This document shows positions 51,186 to 60,304 of a stretch of DNA of 64,000 nucleotides, in pieces. Both the position numbers and the translations under genes were made by a program. Numbering within the stretch: position 1 is the stretch's first letter; each line of letters opens with the position of its first letter. The DNA is from an uncultured Alphaproteobacteria bacterium (GTDB lineage Bacteria; Pseudomonadota; Alphaproteobacteria; Rhizobiales; Xanthobacteraceae), in NCBI GenBank assembly GCA_963755885.1, contig CAVWLX010000016.1, positions 8,025 to 72,024 of the forward strand, read 5' to 3'. The notes under the pieces are model-generated. The model saw nothing but the letters and a program-made list of their open reading frames with translations. It did not search any database and was not told the origin of the DNA.

Positions 51186-52322
51186 GTGATCGTGAGGCGC
51201 ACGACAAGACTTTGGACCGAACTGCGCGCGCTGGTGCATCACCGCCGCGTCCAGTTGGCGCTTTCGCTCCGCGTGACGATTGCCGCCCTGGCATCGCTGG
51301 CGCTTGCGCAATTGTTGCAACTTCCGTTGCCGTTGTGGGCGGTATTGACGGCCGTCATCGTAACCCAGATGAGCGTCGGGCGGTCGCTGAAGGCGACGTT
51401 CGATTATCTCGTGGGGACAGTCGGTGGCGCGATCTACGGCGGCGCAGTCGCTGTGCTTGTTCCGCACTCCAACGAAATCGCGCTGCTTGCGGTTCTCGCC
51501 CTTGCCGTCGGCCCGCTTGCCCTCATCGCGGCGATCAATCCGAGATTTTCAGTCGCACCGATCACCGCCATCATCGTGTTGTTGATTCCCATAATAACCC
51601 ACGTCAGTCCGATCGCTTCGGCACTTGATCGGGTCGCAGAGGTCGCGCTCGGAGGCGTCACCGGTCTGGTTGTCTCGTTTGTTCTGTTGCCGTCAAACGC
51701 CCATATCCTGGTCGCGGCGGCAGCGGCGCGCACGCTTGATCAGATGGCGCGGGTTCTTGGCGAGCTGCTCGCGGGCTTGACGCGAGGTCTCGACCTGGAT
51801 TCGCTCCACGATATTCAGGACGGCATCCGGCAAGCTTTGGAGGAATTAAATGCGTTGGGGATCGAGGCCGAGCGCGAGCAGTCGGCACACGTTGCCACCG
51901 CGCCCAATACCGGGCCGCTGCTACGAACGCTGCTCAGATTGCGTCATGACCTTGTGATGATTGGACGAGCGGCAGTCGATCCATTGCCTGAGGTCTTCCG
52001 GACGCGGCTGGAATCACCGCTGCAGCAGGTCGGGGTGGCATTGGCCGATTGCTTGCGCGCCAGTGGCGGCGCGCTGGAGGCGGGCCGGCGGCCGCCCTCG
52101 TTCAAAGCTGTGGACCTGGCGCTTGCTGCCTATGGCGCCGAGGTCGCCGCGCTTCGTCGGGACGGTCTGACGCAAACTCTTCCCGGCGACGCGGCGGAAC
52201 GCTTCTTCGCGCTCGGATTTGCCATCGAGCAAATGCACAACAACCTCAAAGATCTCGGACGTTGTGTGGCCGAATGGGCTGGACCGTCCAAGGAAGCAGA
52301 TCGCAAAAAGCCCCAGGCCTGA
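51186..52322 (+). CDS. FUSC-family (aromatic acid exporter-like) membrane protein
   Basis: The N-terminal half has about 5-6 TM helices ('LRVTIAALASLALAQLL', 'WAVLTAVIVTQ.SVG'). The C-terminal half is helical and cytoplasmic. Confidence 0.65.
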   Translation: MIVRRTTRLWTELRALVHHRRVQLALSLRVTIAALASLALAQLLQLPLPLWAVLTAVIVTQMSVGRSLKATFDYLVGTVGGAIYGGAVAVLVPHSNEIALLAVLALAVGPLALIAAINPRFSVAPITAIIVLLIPIITHVSPIASALDRVAEVALGGVTGLVVSFVLLPSNAHILVAAAAARTLDQMARVLGELLAGLTRGLDLDSLHDIQDGIRQALEELNALGIEAEREQSAHVATAPNTGPLLRTLLRLRHDLVMIGRAAVDPLPEVFRTRLESPLQQVGVALADCLRASGGALEAGRRPPSFKAVDLALAAYGAEVAALRRDGLTQTLPGDAAERFFALGFAIEQMHNNLKDLGRCVAEWAGPSKEADRKKPQA

Positions 52323-52602
52323 TTGATTCACGCTTCGAATGGCGCCGACCCGACCGTGAGCAGACGCGATTTCTGCTGGGGAGATCCAGAGCCTGTCGCA
52401 CTGGAACGAAGTTGCCGTCCGCTTCTTTGAGGTCCCGCATACGACCTTCTTGGAGGTCCACTGCCGGCACTCGACGCATCATTCGCACGCCGTTCCACCG
52501 CACAGCAATGTGAATAGAGATGCCTGAATGTCAGCCTGAATGTGAAGAGAGGGCCGGCAACACACTTATAAGCTCGGCCATATCGCAAACGGGAGAAATG
52601 TC

Positions 52603-53826
52603 ATGATTCCGATGTCACGGCGAAACGTGATCGCGACGGCTGCCGGCGGCCTGCTGACAGCAACAACCGCCGCGGCGGCGCAGACCGGCACTGGTGTGCC
52701 GCAACCGCAGCGCCCCGGCCACGGCGGCACCGATCACGGTCCGCGCAACCTGATGCGCGACCAACAAAACCCGGACATTCTGGTCCCGCCCTCGACCGAT
52801 CACGGTACATTGCCTAATCTGCGCTACTCCTTTTCCGACTCGCATATGCGGCTGGAGTCGGGCGGCTGGACTCGCCAGGTGACGGTACGCGAACTCGGCG
52901 TCTCCAAAGGCATCGCCGGCGTGAACATGCGGCTCAATGCCGGCGGCGTAAGGGAGCTGCATTGGCACAAGGCCGCCGAATGGGCCTATATGCTCTACGG
53001 TACCGCGCGGATCACAGCAATTGACGCGCAGGGCCGGAATTTCGTCGATGATGTGGGAGTAGGAGACCTTTGGTATTTCGCTTCGGGCGTTCCGCATTCC
53101 ATCCAGGGCCTCAATCCTGACGGCTGCGAGTTTCTTCTGGTGTTCGATGACGGCGAGTTCGACGAAGACAATACCTTCCTGATCAGCGACTGGTTCAAGC
53201 ACGTACCGAACGAGGTGCTCGGCAAGAACTTTGGCGTCTCATCCTCGTTTTTCGGCCATACCCCCGACCCCAGCGAGCGATACATGTTTCCGGCGCCGGT
53301 GCCCGGACCGCTCGCCTCCGACAAGATCCCGGGCGCAACTGCAATGTCGCAAAGCTTGAGCCACAGGATGCTCGCACAGCAGCCGATCAAGACGAAGAGT
53401 GGAACGGTGCGGATCACTGATTCCAGCGTGTTTCCGGCTTCCAAGAATATCGCTGCGGCGCTGGTCGAGGTTGAGCCGGGTGGCATGCGCGAGTTGCATT
53501 GGCACCCGAACACCGATGAATGGCAGTACTACATCGAGGGCCAAGCGCGGATGGGCGTGTTCGCTGCCGCGGGTCAGGCTCGCACCTTCGATTTCATGGC
53601 CGGCGATGTCGGTTACGTACCGTTCGCCAACGGGCACTACATCGAGAACACCGGCAAGACGCCGCTGCGCTTTCTCGAGATGTTCAAGAGCAGCTATTAC
53701 GCCGATGTATCGCTGGACCAGTGGATGGCGCTGACGCCGCCGGAACTCGTCGAGGCACACCTCAAGCTGGACCAGCAAGTGATGGCGGCATTGCGCAAGG
53801 ACAAAGCGCCAGTCGTGCCGGCTTGA
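52603..53826 (+). CDS. bicupin of the oxalate decarboxylase family, with a twin-arginine signal peptide
   Basis: '[24 protein letters not shown]' Tat-like signal. Two cupin cores, '[20 protein letters not shown]' and '[21 protein letters not shown]'. Confidence 0.8.
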   Translation: MIPMSRRNVIATAAGGLLTATTAAAAQTGTGVPQPQRPGHGGTDHGPRNLMRDQQNPDILVPPSTDHGTLPNLRYSFSDSHMRLESGGWTRQVTVRELGVSKGIAGVNMRLNAGGVRELHWHKAAEWAYMLYGTARITAIDAQGRNFVDDVGVGDLWYFASGVPHSIQGLNPDGCEFLLVFDDGEFDEDNTFLISDWFKHVPNEVLGKNFGVSSSFFGHTPDPSERYMFPAPVPGPLASDKIPGATAMSQSLSHRMLAQQPIKTKSGTVRITDSSVFPASKNIAAALVEVEPGGMRELHWHPNTDEWQYYIEGQARMGVFAAAGQARTFDFMAGDVGYVPFANGHYIENTGKTPLRFLEMFKSSYYADVSLDQWMALTPPELVEAHLKLDQQVMAALRKDKAPVVPA

Positions 53827-54131
53827 TCGTTGACGGTTCGCCGCACATCGGCTTTGTGGGTCAAAGGCGTCATCTTTGCCACGCGCGCTTGATGTCCGCT
53901 TTCCCGTCGTTGGCGATCCGAAAGCGGGCAGCCGTTCTCCGCCAGTGAGGAGTTAAGATCGGCTGTGGGGTTCTGTTAAACCTTCATACTGCTTTCAATT
54001 CACTACGCCGCTCCATACGTCTCGCGCGACGCTGACGTTTTGCCAGCGGGAAGGTTGGAAATCAGCCCGCCGGGCCGCCGTCCTCGGATGATTTGGTCAA
54101 AACCTGGAAGCCCTGCGTCGAAATTTCACGT

Positions 54132-55142
54132 TCAGCGTTTCGAATGCGGCGTGCCCAAGTACGGGAACTCTTTCAGAACGTCGGTGTGGGGCTTGAGCCC
54201 TGTGGGCGGACACTCGTTTTTCGTCAGGAAGGCGATGCGATAATCGATCACATCGTCAGTAAAGACCCGGCCGTTGGGATACTTCGCGGGCTTCGTCGGA
54301 TCGAGACTGAGGACGTCGGGAAGCGTGCGCTCCTTATCGATCGTGGCAATCGCTTCCTCGCGCGTGTAATTGCCGGTGTGCCCCATCAGATGCACGAATT
54401 GTTCGAGCCATCGCTGGCGGTCGTTGACCGGCTCGCTCGCGTTGTATTCTTCCTTGGTATCGTCGGTGTTGAAGAAGCTGCTGACGCTCGGATGGCCCGC
54501 GCGATCGACGTGCAGCAATTTGCCGTCGCGTCTGAGGCTGCACCGCCCCCAGACATGGATCTCGGGCTTGGGGTTGAGCTCGCTCGTCGGCAGCTCGATC
54601 GCCGTCGAAAACACGTTCGCTTCCGTATTCGAATCGACGCCGGTCCACGGTGACTTGCCGCTGAGATGTGGTTCGGTGAAATTCCGCTTGCCCCTGATAT
54701 CGAACAGGTTCTTGATACCGTCGAAGTCAAAAAAGAACGCGTCACTGCGGCTGCCGGCGAAAAAAGTATAGGGCCCGGACCTGATGATATTGGGCTGGCC
54801 GCCGAACGAGACCTCGCCGTCGGTAATGATTTTCTTGCCCACCGCTTCGACCGAGCACGACTCCGAACCCGTCGCCATGAATACATCCACGGTCTGCCTG
54901 CCGTTCTGCGGCTTGGAGAACAGATAGCTGAACGCGATATCGGTCAGGTAATCGCCATCGGTATCGATGTTGACCCGGTAGATGGCGTCGGGATGAAGCG
55001 CATCCGCATTGGGATTTGCATTCAGGATGATCACGGTACGGTTCTTGTCAGTGGGCGACTGGAATGCATACAGGTCGCAAAGGTCTAATCGTTGATCGCC
55101 CAGCGGCGGTCCGAGACTAAGTCCAGTGAAATGATTTGACAT
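54132..55142 (-). CDS. DUF4331 domain protein
   Basis: 'MSNHFTGLSLGPPLGDQRLDLCDLYAFQSP.DKNRTVIILNANP' matches my recollection of the DUF4331 N-terminus. SD AGGAGA lies upstream. Confidence 0.6.
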   Translation of the reverse strand: MSNHFTGLSLGPPLGDQRLDLCDLYAFQSPTDKNRTVIILNANPNADALHPDAIYRVNIDTDGDYLTDIAFSYLFSKPQNGRQTVDVFMATGSESCSVEAVGKKIITDGEVSFGGQPNIIRSGPYTFFAGSRSDAFFFDFDGIKNLFDIRGKRNFTEPHLSGKSPWTGVDSNTEANVFSTAIELPTSELNPKPEIHVWGRCSLRRDGKLLHVDRAGHPSVSSFFNTDDTKEEYNASEPVNDRQRWLEQFVHLMGHTGNYTREEAIATIDKERTLPDVLSLDPTKPAKYPNGRVFTDDVIDYRIAFLTKNECPPTGLKPHTDVLKEFPYLGTPHSKR

Positions 55143-55881
55143 TGGCCTCTCCTGTTATCGAAGCAGATTTCCATTTGGCGGGTCACCGCGCCGGCGATCG
55201 AGGAACACTGATCGGAGTAATCTCCGTTGCTTGAGCGACATGCCGGGCGCGATACAGAGGCAGGATATGCGTTGCGATATTGATGAAGCATCACAAAGAC
55301 GCGAGGAACACACTCCGCTTTGTGTCAAAAATAATTCAACTCCGGTTACCAGGCAGCCGAATCATCATGTGTTTGTCATCATGCCTTTGCCGGCGCATGC
55401 GCAACGTGGTGGGCTGGTCGCTTTTTCATTGACATAAGTCCCCACTTCAGGTACGCGTAACAAATCTCGCTCAGTGAAGGACGCCTTCGGCCGAGGGTAC
55501 TCCCGAAAGCGGAGCGAGTGCGGTGCCCGCGGGCAGAACGATACACTCCGTTCTCGGGCAGCTTCGGGCATCAGCTGACCGGCACTACGACCGGTCCGGG
55601 AGGTGCATTCCCTGGACTGGGACGGGCGGGCGCGGGTAACGCCCGTGTCAGAACGTAAGATCTCTGCACCCCGGTTGGTGTGGGCTTACAGGATCGAGCG
55701 TCCTGCCGCGTCCCAGGAAGCATGGCCTGGAGTTGCGCCCAAGGGGCGAGAGCCCCGACGGTAAGAGCCGTGGTGGAACGCCGATAGGCGAGCGCACCCG
55801 CAGGTGCGCGCCGCGCCTTAAAAAGCGCGGAGGTTGATGCACACGTCTGTCGGCGTTCCGCTTCCTTTTTTCTTTCCCTTC

Positions 55882-55969
55882 GTAGCCTGGATGAAGCGCA
55901 GCGCAATCCGGGGACAGCATTCAGGCTGCGACGCCGATCCCGGATTTCGTTTCACTCCATCCGGGCTAC
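55882..55969. repeat. REP-type imperfect palindrome (GTAGCC(T/C)GGATG...AATCCGGGG family)
   Basis: GTAGCCTGGATGAAGCGCAGCGCAATCCGGGG (55882-55913) against the inverted CCCGGATTTCGTTTCACTCCATCCGGGCTAC (55939-55969). Confidence 0.7.
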
Positions 55970-56141
55970 GGTCATTGCAAAACTCGGGCGCGGATTGCGC
56001 CGCGGGAACGGTGTTGTTTGTCAGCCCGGCTGCGGCGGGCAGAAAAGTCCGAGGGATGGTTTGGTAAACAAATCGCAAACGAGGCAGCGATCCTGCTTTA
56101 TCGATTAAAGCTGCGATGCTGCTTTATCAATTCATGAAAAA

Positions 56142-57740
56142 GTGAAGCCTTTCAGGCAAGCTTTATTTTGCCAGAGGCCCCCGTTGAGCAGACCGTCGAA
56201 ACTTTTCACTCCCTTCGCGCTGACCGCATCGTCCGGGCGGGAAATCGTCGACGTTCTGGTGATTTTCTCGATCTGTCTCGTAGCCTTTATGGCCGTCACG
56301 GATTGGGGCGGCATGCTGCTGCTGCAGAAGCTGCTCGGTACCCGGACCGAAACCCCGTCGTTTATGTATTTTTTCGGCATGGCGCTGGTGGTATTCAGCT
56401 TCCGCCGCATCGGCGACCAGCGCGGCGAACGGGCGAAGCGGGTCGCTGCCGAGCTTCAGGCGCAGACCGCGTCGATGCGCGACCCGTTGACGCAATTGCC
56501 CAATCGGCGCCAGTTCCAGAACGACGTCAGCAATGTCCTGAAAAGCTCCGACAACAAAATGAGCGTGTTGCTGCTGGGTCTCGACCAGTTCAAGAAGCTC
56601 AATGAGGTTTACGGGCACCTTGGCTGCGACGAGGCGCTGTTGCAGATCGGCACCCGCATCCGCGAACGCGCCGGCCGGGGCGACATCTTCGCGCGGATCG
56701 GCGATGACGAGTTTGCCTTGTGTCTGGCAGGCGGCGATCCCGAATACGCACGCCGGATCGCTTGTACTCTGGTCGATACCGTCCGGGCGCCGGTCCAGAT
56801 CGGCATCGAGCAGCACAGCATCGGCGCCAGCGTCGGCATCGCGCAAGCCGGCCGCGGCCATGTGACCGTCGACGAGCTGCTGCGCTGCGCCCACGTTGCG
56901 CTGTCGCGCGCCCGCTCGCTGCACACCGAGTTCTGTTTCTTCGATCCGAAAATGGACGCCCACATCCGCGAGCGGTCGTTGTTGGAGAAGGATTTGCGGG
57001 CTGCGATCGGCGGCGATGCGCTGCGGCCGTATTACCAGCCGATCGTCGACCTGAAAACGCGGCGGATCGTCAGCTTCGAAAGTCTCGCCCGCTGGCATAA
57101 TCCGGTCAGCGGCCTGATCTTGCCGGATACCTTTATTCCGCTTGCGGAGGAACTCGGCCTCTTGGACGTGGTGTCGGGCCAGCTGTTCGGCGACGCCTGC
57201 CGCGACGCTGTAAACTGGCCGCAGGACGTCTCGCTGACATTTAACTTCTCGCCGTCGCAGCTCAGCGACCGCTCGTTCGCCGATGCCATCCTTACCGTCA
57301 TGCGCGACACCGGTTTTCCGCCCCATCGCCTGGAAGCGGAAATTACCGAAAGCGCTCTGGTCGCGGATCTGGAAGCTACGCGCCACGCCATCCAGACGCT
57401 GCGCAATTCCGGCGTCCGCATCGCCATCGACGATTTCGGCACCGGTTATTCGAGCCTCTATCACCTCTATGAGCTGCGGTTCGACAAGCTCAAGATCGAC
57501 CGGCGCTTTATTCAGGAACTGGTTACCACCGGCGAAAGTGCGGTGTTCATTCGCGCCATGGTCGGCTTGTGCCGCGGCCTGAATTTGTCGGTCACCGCCG
57601 AGGGCGTCGAGACCGAGGCGCAGGCGAAGGCCGTGCTCGAACACGGCGTCGATCAGGCCCAGGGCTTTTTGTTCGGCAAAGCCGTGCCGGCCGCCCACGT
57701 GGCGCAGCTATTCGCGGCGCCGGCGCAGCAGGTGGCTTGA
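56142..57740 (+). CDS. membrane-anchored GGDEF-EAL protein (degenerate GGDEF, apparently intact EAL; probable c-di-GMP phosphodiesterase)
   Basis: The GGDEF-site reads 'ARIGDDEFAL' (GDDEF). EAL-domain motifs are 'FESLARW' (ESL), 'DDFGTGYSSL', 'KIDRRF', 'AEGVETEAQ' and 'QGFLFGKA'. Confidence 0.85.
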   Translation: MKPFRQALFCQRPPLSRPSKLFTPFALTASSGREIVDVLVIFSICLVAFMAVTDWGGMLLLQKLLGTRTETPSFMYFFGMALVVFSFRRIGDQRGERAKRVAAELQAQTASMRDPLTQLPNRRQFQNDVSNVLKSSDNKMSVLLLGLDQFKKLNEVYGHLGCDEALLQIGTRIRERAGRGDIFARIGDDEFALCLAGGDPEYARRIACTLVDTVRAPVQIGIEQHSIGASVGIAQAGRGHVTVDELLRCAHVALSRARSLHTEFCFFDPKMDAHIRERSLLEKDLRAAIGGDALRPYYQPIVDLKTRRIVSFESLARWHNPVSGLILPDTFIPLAEELGLLDVVSGQLFGDACRDAVNWPQDVSLTFNFSPSQLSDRSFADAILTVMRDTGFPPHRLEAEITESALVADLEATRHAIQTLRNSGVRIAIDDFGTGYSSLYHLYELRFDKLKIDRRFIQELVTTGESAVFIRAMVGLCRGLNLSVTAEGVETEAQAKAVLEHGVDQAQGFLFGKAVPAAHVAQLFAAPAQQVA

Positions 57741-57759
57741 GGCTTTTTTGTCCTGCTTG

Positions 57760-57865
57760 CCTCATCCTGAGGTGCCCGCGCGCAGCGCGGGCCTCGAAGG
57801 ATGTTAGCTCGGGCGCTCGGGCCTGCATCCTTCGAGGCTCGCGGCGCTCGCACCTCAGGATGAGG
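57760..57865. repeat. ~106-bp imperfect palindromic REP/MITE-like element
   Basis: The left arm is CCTCATCCTGAGGTGC...CCTCGAAGGATG (57760-57803). The right arm is CATCCTTCGAGG...GCACCTCAGGATGAGG (57826-57865). The outer 16 bp and inner 12 bp are perfectly complementary. Confidence 0.8.
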
Positions 57866-57941
57866 ATGAATATGCTCCGCTCGCGCCTGACAATGACGGT
57901 GCATATATTGGTGCGATCGGCTTTGCCGCGAGAACACCAAC

Positions 57942-59078
57942 GTGTCCCACACGCCCGTTACCATCCTCACCGGCTTTCTCGGCAGCGGTAAGACCACGCT
58001 GCTCAATCGCGCGATGCGCGATCCGGCAATGGCGAATACCGCGGTGGTGATCAACGAGTTCGGCGAAGTCGGCCTCGATCACATGCTGGCGGCGCAGAGC
58101 GACGACACTATCATGGTGCTGGAGAACGGCTGCCTGTGTTGCACCGTGTTCGGCGATCTCGTCACCACGCTGAACAACCTCTATCACCAGCGCGAGGACG
58201 GCGTGATTCCGCGCTTCGATCACGTGGTGATTGAGACGTCCGGCCTCGCCGATCCGTCGCCGCTCATTCAGGCGTTCCTGTCCGATCCGACATTGGCCGG
58301 CCTTTATCGTATCGGTGCCGTGGTCGCGACCGTCGATGCGGTCAACGGCCCGCACACGCTCGATGAGCACATCGAGTCGGTGCGCCAGGTCGCGCTCGCC
58401 GACCAGATTCTGATTACCAAGCTCGATCTGGTCCCCCTCCCTTCCCTCCCCCGCGAGCGGGGGAGGGAAGGGTGGGGGGACGCGAGCGAAGCCGAAGCAT
58501 TGCTGACTGCGCGACTGCATCGCCTCAACCCGGCGGCGAAGATTTCAAGGATCGACGATCCGTCGTTCAACCTCAGCATATTGCGCGGCGATGGCTTCAA
58601 TCCGGCCGACGCCAGGGCCGACGCGCGCGCCTGGCTCAACACCGCCGCTTACGAGCAGCATGATGATGGGCATGATCATCATCACGAGCACGATGGCGAT
58701 CCCGACCACGATCATCACCACCTGCACGACCGCGATATCGCTTCGTTCTGCTTCACCCGCGACAAGCCGATCCCGCGCGAAGCGCTGCGGCTGTTGCTCG
58801 ACGCCTTGCAGCAGAATCTCGGGCCCAATCTTCTGCGGGTGAAAGGCATCGTCAATGTCGCCGAGGATCCCGATCGCCCGGCCGTGATCCAGGGCGCCCA
58901 GCAGCTCCTTCACAACCTGTCGTGGCTCGAGCGCTGGCCGGACGGAGACCACCGCAGCAAGATCGTATTCATCACGCAGGGCTTCGACCGCGCCGAAGTC
59001 GAGGATATGATCGCGCTGCTCGACCGGGTGGCAACGCGCACCGCCGCCGCCCGCGCGCGAGCGCAGACGAGCCAATAA
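57942..59078 (+). CDS. COG0523/CobW-family G3E GTPase (putative metallochaperone) with a His-rich insert
   Basis: Walker A 'GFLGSGKTTLL', CxCC 'ENGCLCCTV' and 'ITKLDLV'. His-rich stretch 'EQHDDGHDHHHEHDGDPDHDHHHLHD'. CobW C-terminal domain. Confidence 0.9.
   Translation: MSHTPVTILTGFLGSGKTTLLNRAMRDPAMANTAVVINEFGEVGLDHMLAAQSDDTIMVLENGCLCCTVFGDLVTTLNNLYHQREDGVIPRFDHVVIETSGLADPSPLIQAFLSDPTLAGLYRIGAVVATVDAVNGPHTLDEHIESVRQVALADQILITKLDLVPLPSLPRERGREGWGDASEAEALLTARLHRLNPAAKISRIDDPSFNLSILRGDGFNPADARADARAWLNTAAYEQHDDGHDHHHEHDGDPDHDHHHLHDRDIASFCFTRDKPIPREALRLLLDALQQNLGPNLLRVKGIVNVAEDPDRPAVIQGAQQLLHNLSWLERWPDGDHRSKIVFITQGFDRAEVEDMIALLDRVATRTAAARARAQTSQ
58432..58480 (+). repeat. REP hairpin (CCCTCCC...GGGAGGG family) embedded in-frame in the COG0523 coding sequence
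   Basis: CCCCCTCCCTTCCCTCCCCCGCGAGCGGGGGAGGGAAGGGTGGGGGG translates in the gene frame to 'PLPSLPRERGREGWG'. Confidence 0.75.
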
Positions 59079-59102
59079 GCCGCTGCGAAAACCGGGGGGA
59101 AC

Positions 59103-60293
59103 ATGATCAAGGCATTTCCGAAGGATCGCCTGGAAAAGCGCCAAATGCTGCTCGACACCGTCGACGGCATTGCCGACACGCTGCGCGCGTCCGGGGCAAA
59201 GAGCGAAGAACTCGGCACGCTGGCGCCGGAAGCCGTCAACGCACTGCGCGAGGCCGGCTTGTTCCGCCTCAAGCTCGCCGAGGAAATGGGAGGCGCCGAG
59301 GCCGATCCTGTGACCGAAATGATGGTGATCGAGCGGCTGGGCTATCACGATCTCGCCAGCGGCTGGTGCACCATGATCGGGGCCACGTCGATTGGATCGC
59401 TCGGATCATTCCTGCCGCAAGCCGGCATTGATCGGGTGTTCGCCAACGGTCGCATTCCGACGGCGTCGTTCTCGTTCTTTCCCGGCGGCCGCGCCAAACC
59501 CGAAGGCGACGGCTACCGCGTGAACGGCCGCTGGCGCTTCAACAGCGGCATAGCGCACGCCGAATGGTCGATCGGCGGAACGGTTGTCGAAGGCAGTGAA
59601 GGCGAGAACGGCGGCCGCCCTCAAGTCATCTTTACTGCGTTTCCCAAGAACGAAATCACGCTTCACGACAATTGGGGCGACGTTGTCGGTCTGCGCGGCA
59701 CCGGTTCCTGCGATTTCTCCGTGGAGAATTACTACCTCCCGAAGGAACTGACATTTGCCTGGGACATGATGGGGTCGAAGCCAGTGCGCGGCGGGGCGGC
59801 GTACCTGTTTCCGCCGTTCGCCTTTGTCGCCAAGGAGCACGGGCCCGTGGTCATCGGCGCCGCCCGGCGCGCGCTCGACGAATTGATCAAACTGGCGACG
59901 ACGACGCGCGGCACGTTTCGTTCGTCGAAGCTTGACGAACGGCAGGTCGTGCACCGCTTCATCGGCCAGGCTGATTTGAAGCTGCGGTCGGTGCGGGCGC
60001 TGCTGCATCAGCGCTATGAAGAGCTTTATGAGATCGCCGGCGCCGGGAAAATTCCCGACGCTGCAGCGATCGCCGACGTCCGGGCGGCCGCGCTCTACGC
60101 GACCGACATCGCCATCGAGACCGTCACGCAAGTCTATCATTTCGCCGGCAATAGCGGCTTGCATCATCCGCACGTGATCGGCCGCCTGATGCGCGATGTG
60201 AACACCGCCGGACTGCATCAGGTGATGAGCGATACGGCTTACGAAAATCACGGCAAGTTTCGCCTCGGCCTGCCGGCCGATCCGATGGCTTAA
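59103..60293 (+). CDS. acyl-CoA dehydrogenase-fold protein (possibly a flavin-dependent monooxygenase of this fold)
   Basis: 396 aa with the three-domain ACAD layout. 'NGRWRFNSGIAHAEW' and 'GLRGTGSCDFSVENYYLP' resemble ACAD-type two-component monooxygenases. Confidence 0.7.
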   Translation: MIKAFPKDRLEKRQMLLDTVDGIADTLRASGAKSEELGTLAPEAVNALREAGLFRLKLAEEMGGAEADPVTEMMVIERLGYHDLASGWCTMIGATSIGSLGSFLPQAGIDRVFANGRIPTASFSFFPGGRAKPEGDGYRVNGRWRFNSGIAHAEWSIGGTVVEGSEGENGGRPQVIFTAFPKNEITLHDNWGDVVGLRGTGSCDFSVENYYLPKELTFAWDMMGSKPVRGGAAYLFPPFAFVAKEHGPVVIGAARRALDELIKLATTTRGTFRSSKLDERQVVHRFIGQADLKLRSVRALLHQRYEELYEIAGAGKIPDAAAIADVRAAALYATDIAIETVTQVYHFAGNSGLHHPHVIGRLMRDVNTAGLHQVMSDTAYENHGKFRLGLPADPMA

Positions 60294-60304
60294 GACGCGA
60301 ATTC

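Noticed and set aside
55440-55830. Resemblances to RNase P RNA (GGTAAGAGC, GGGTAACGCCC, GGGCTTACAGG), tmRNA (TCCACCA on the minus strand), and SRP and cobalamin riboswitch motifs
   Set aside because: The motifs are out of order. The universally conserved GAGGAAAGTCCGGGC (RNase P), a tag ORF or T arm (tmRNA) and the B12 box are all absent. The region is kept only as an unclassified structured region.
57866-57941. Zur box upstream of the COG0523 gene
   Set aside because: No AT-rich palindrome of the expected type is visible between the REP element and the GTG start.
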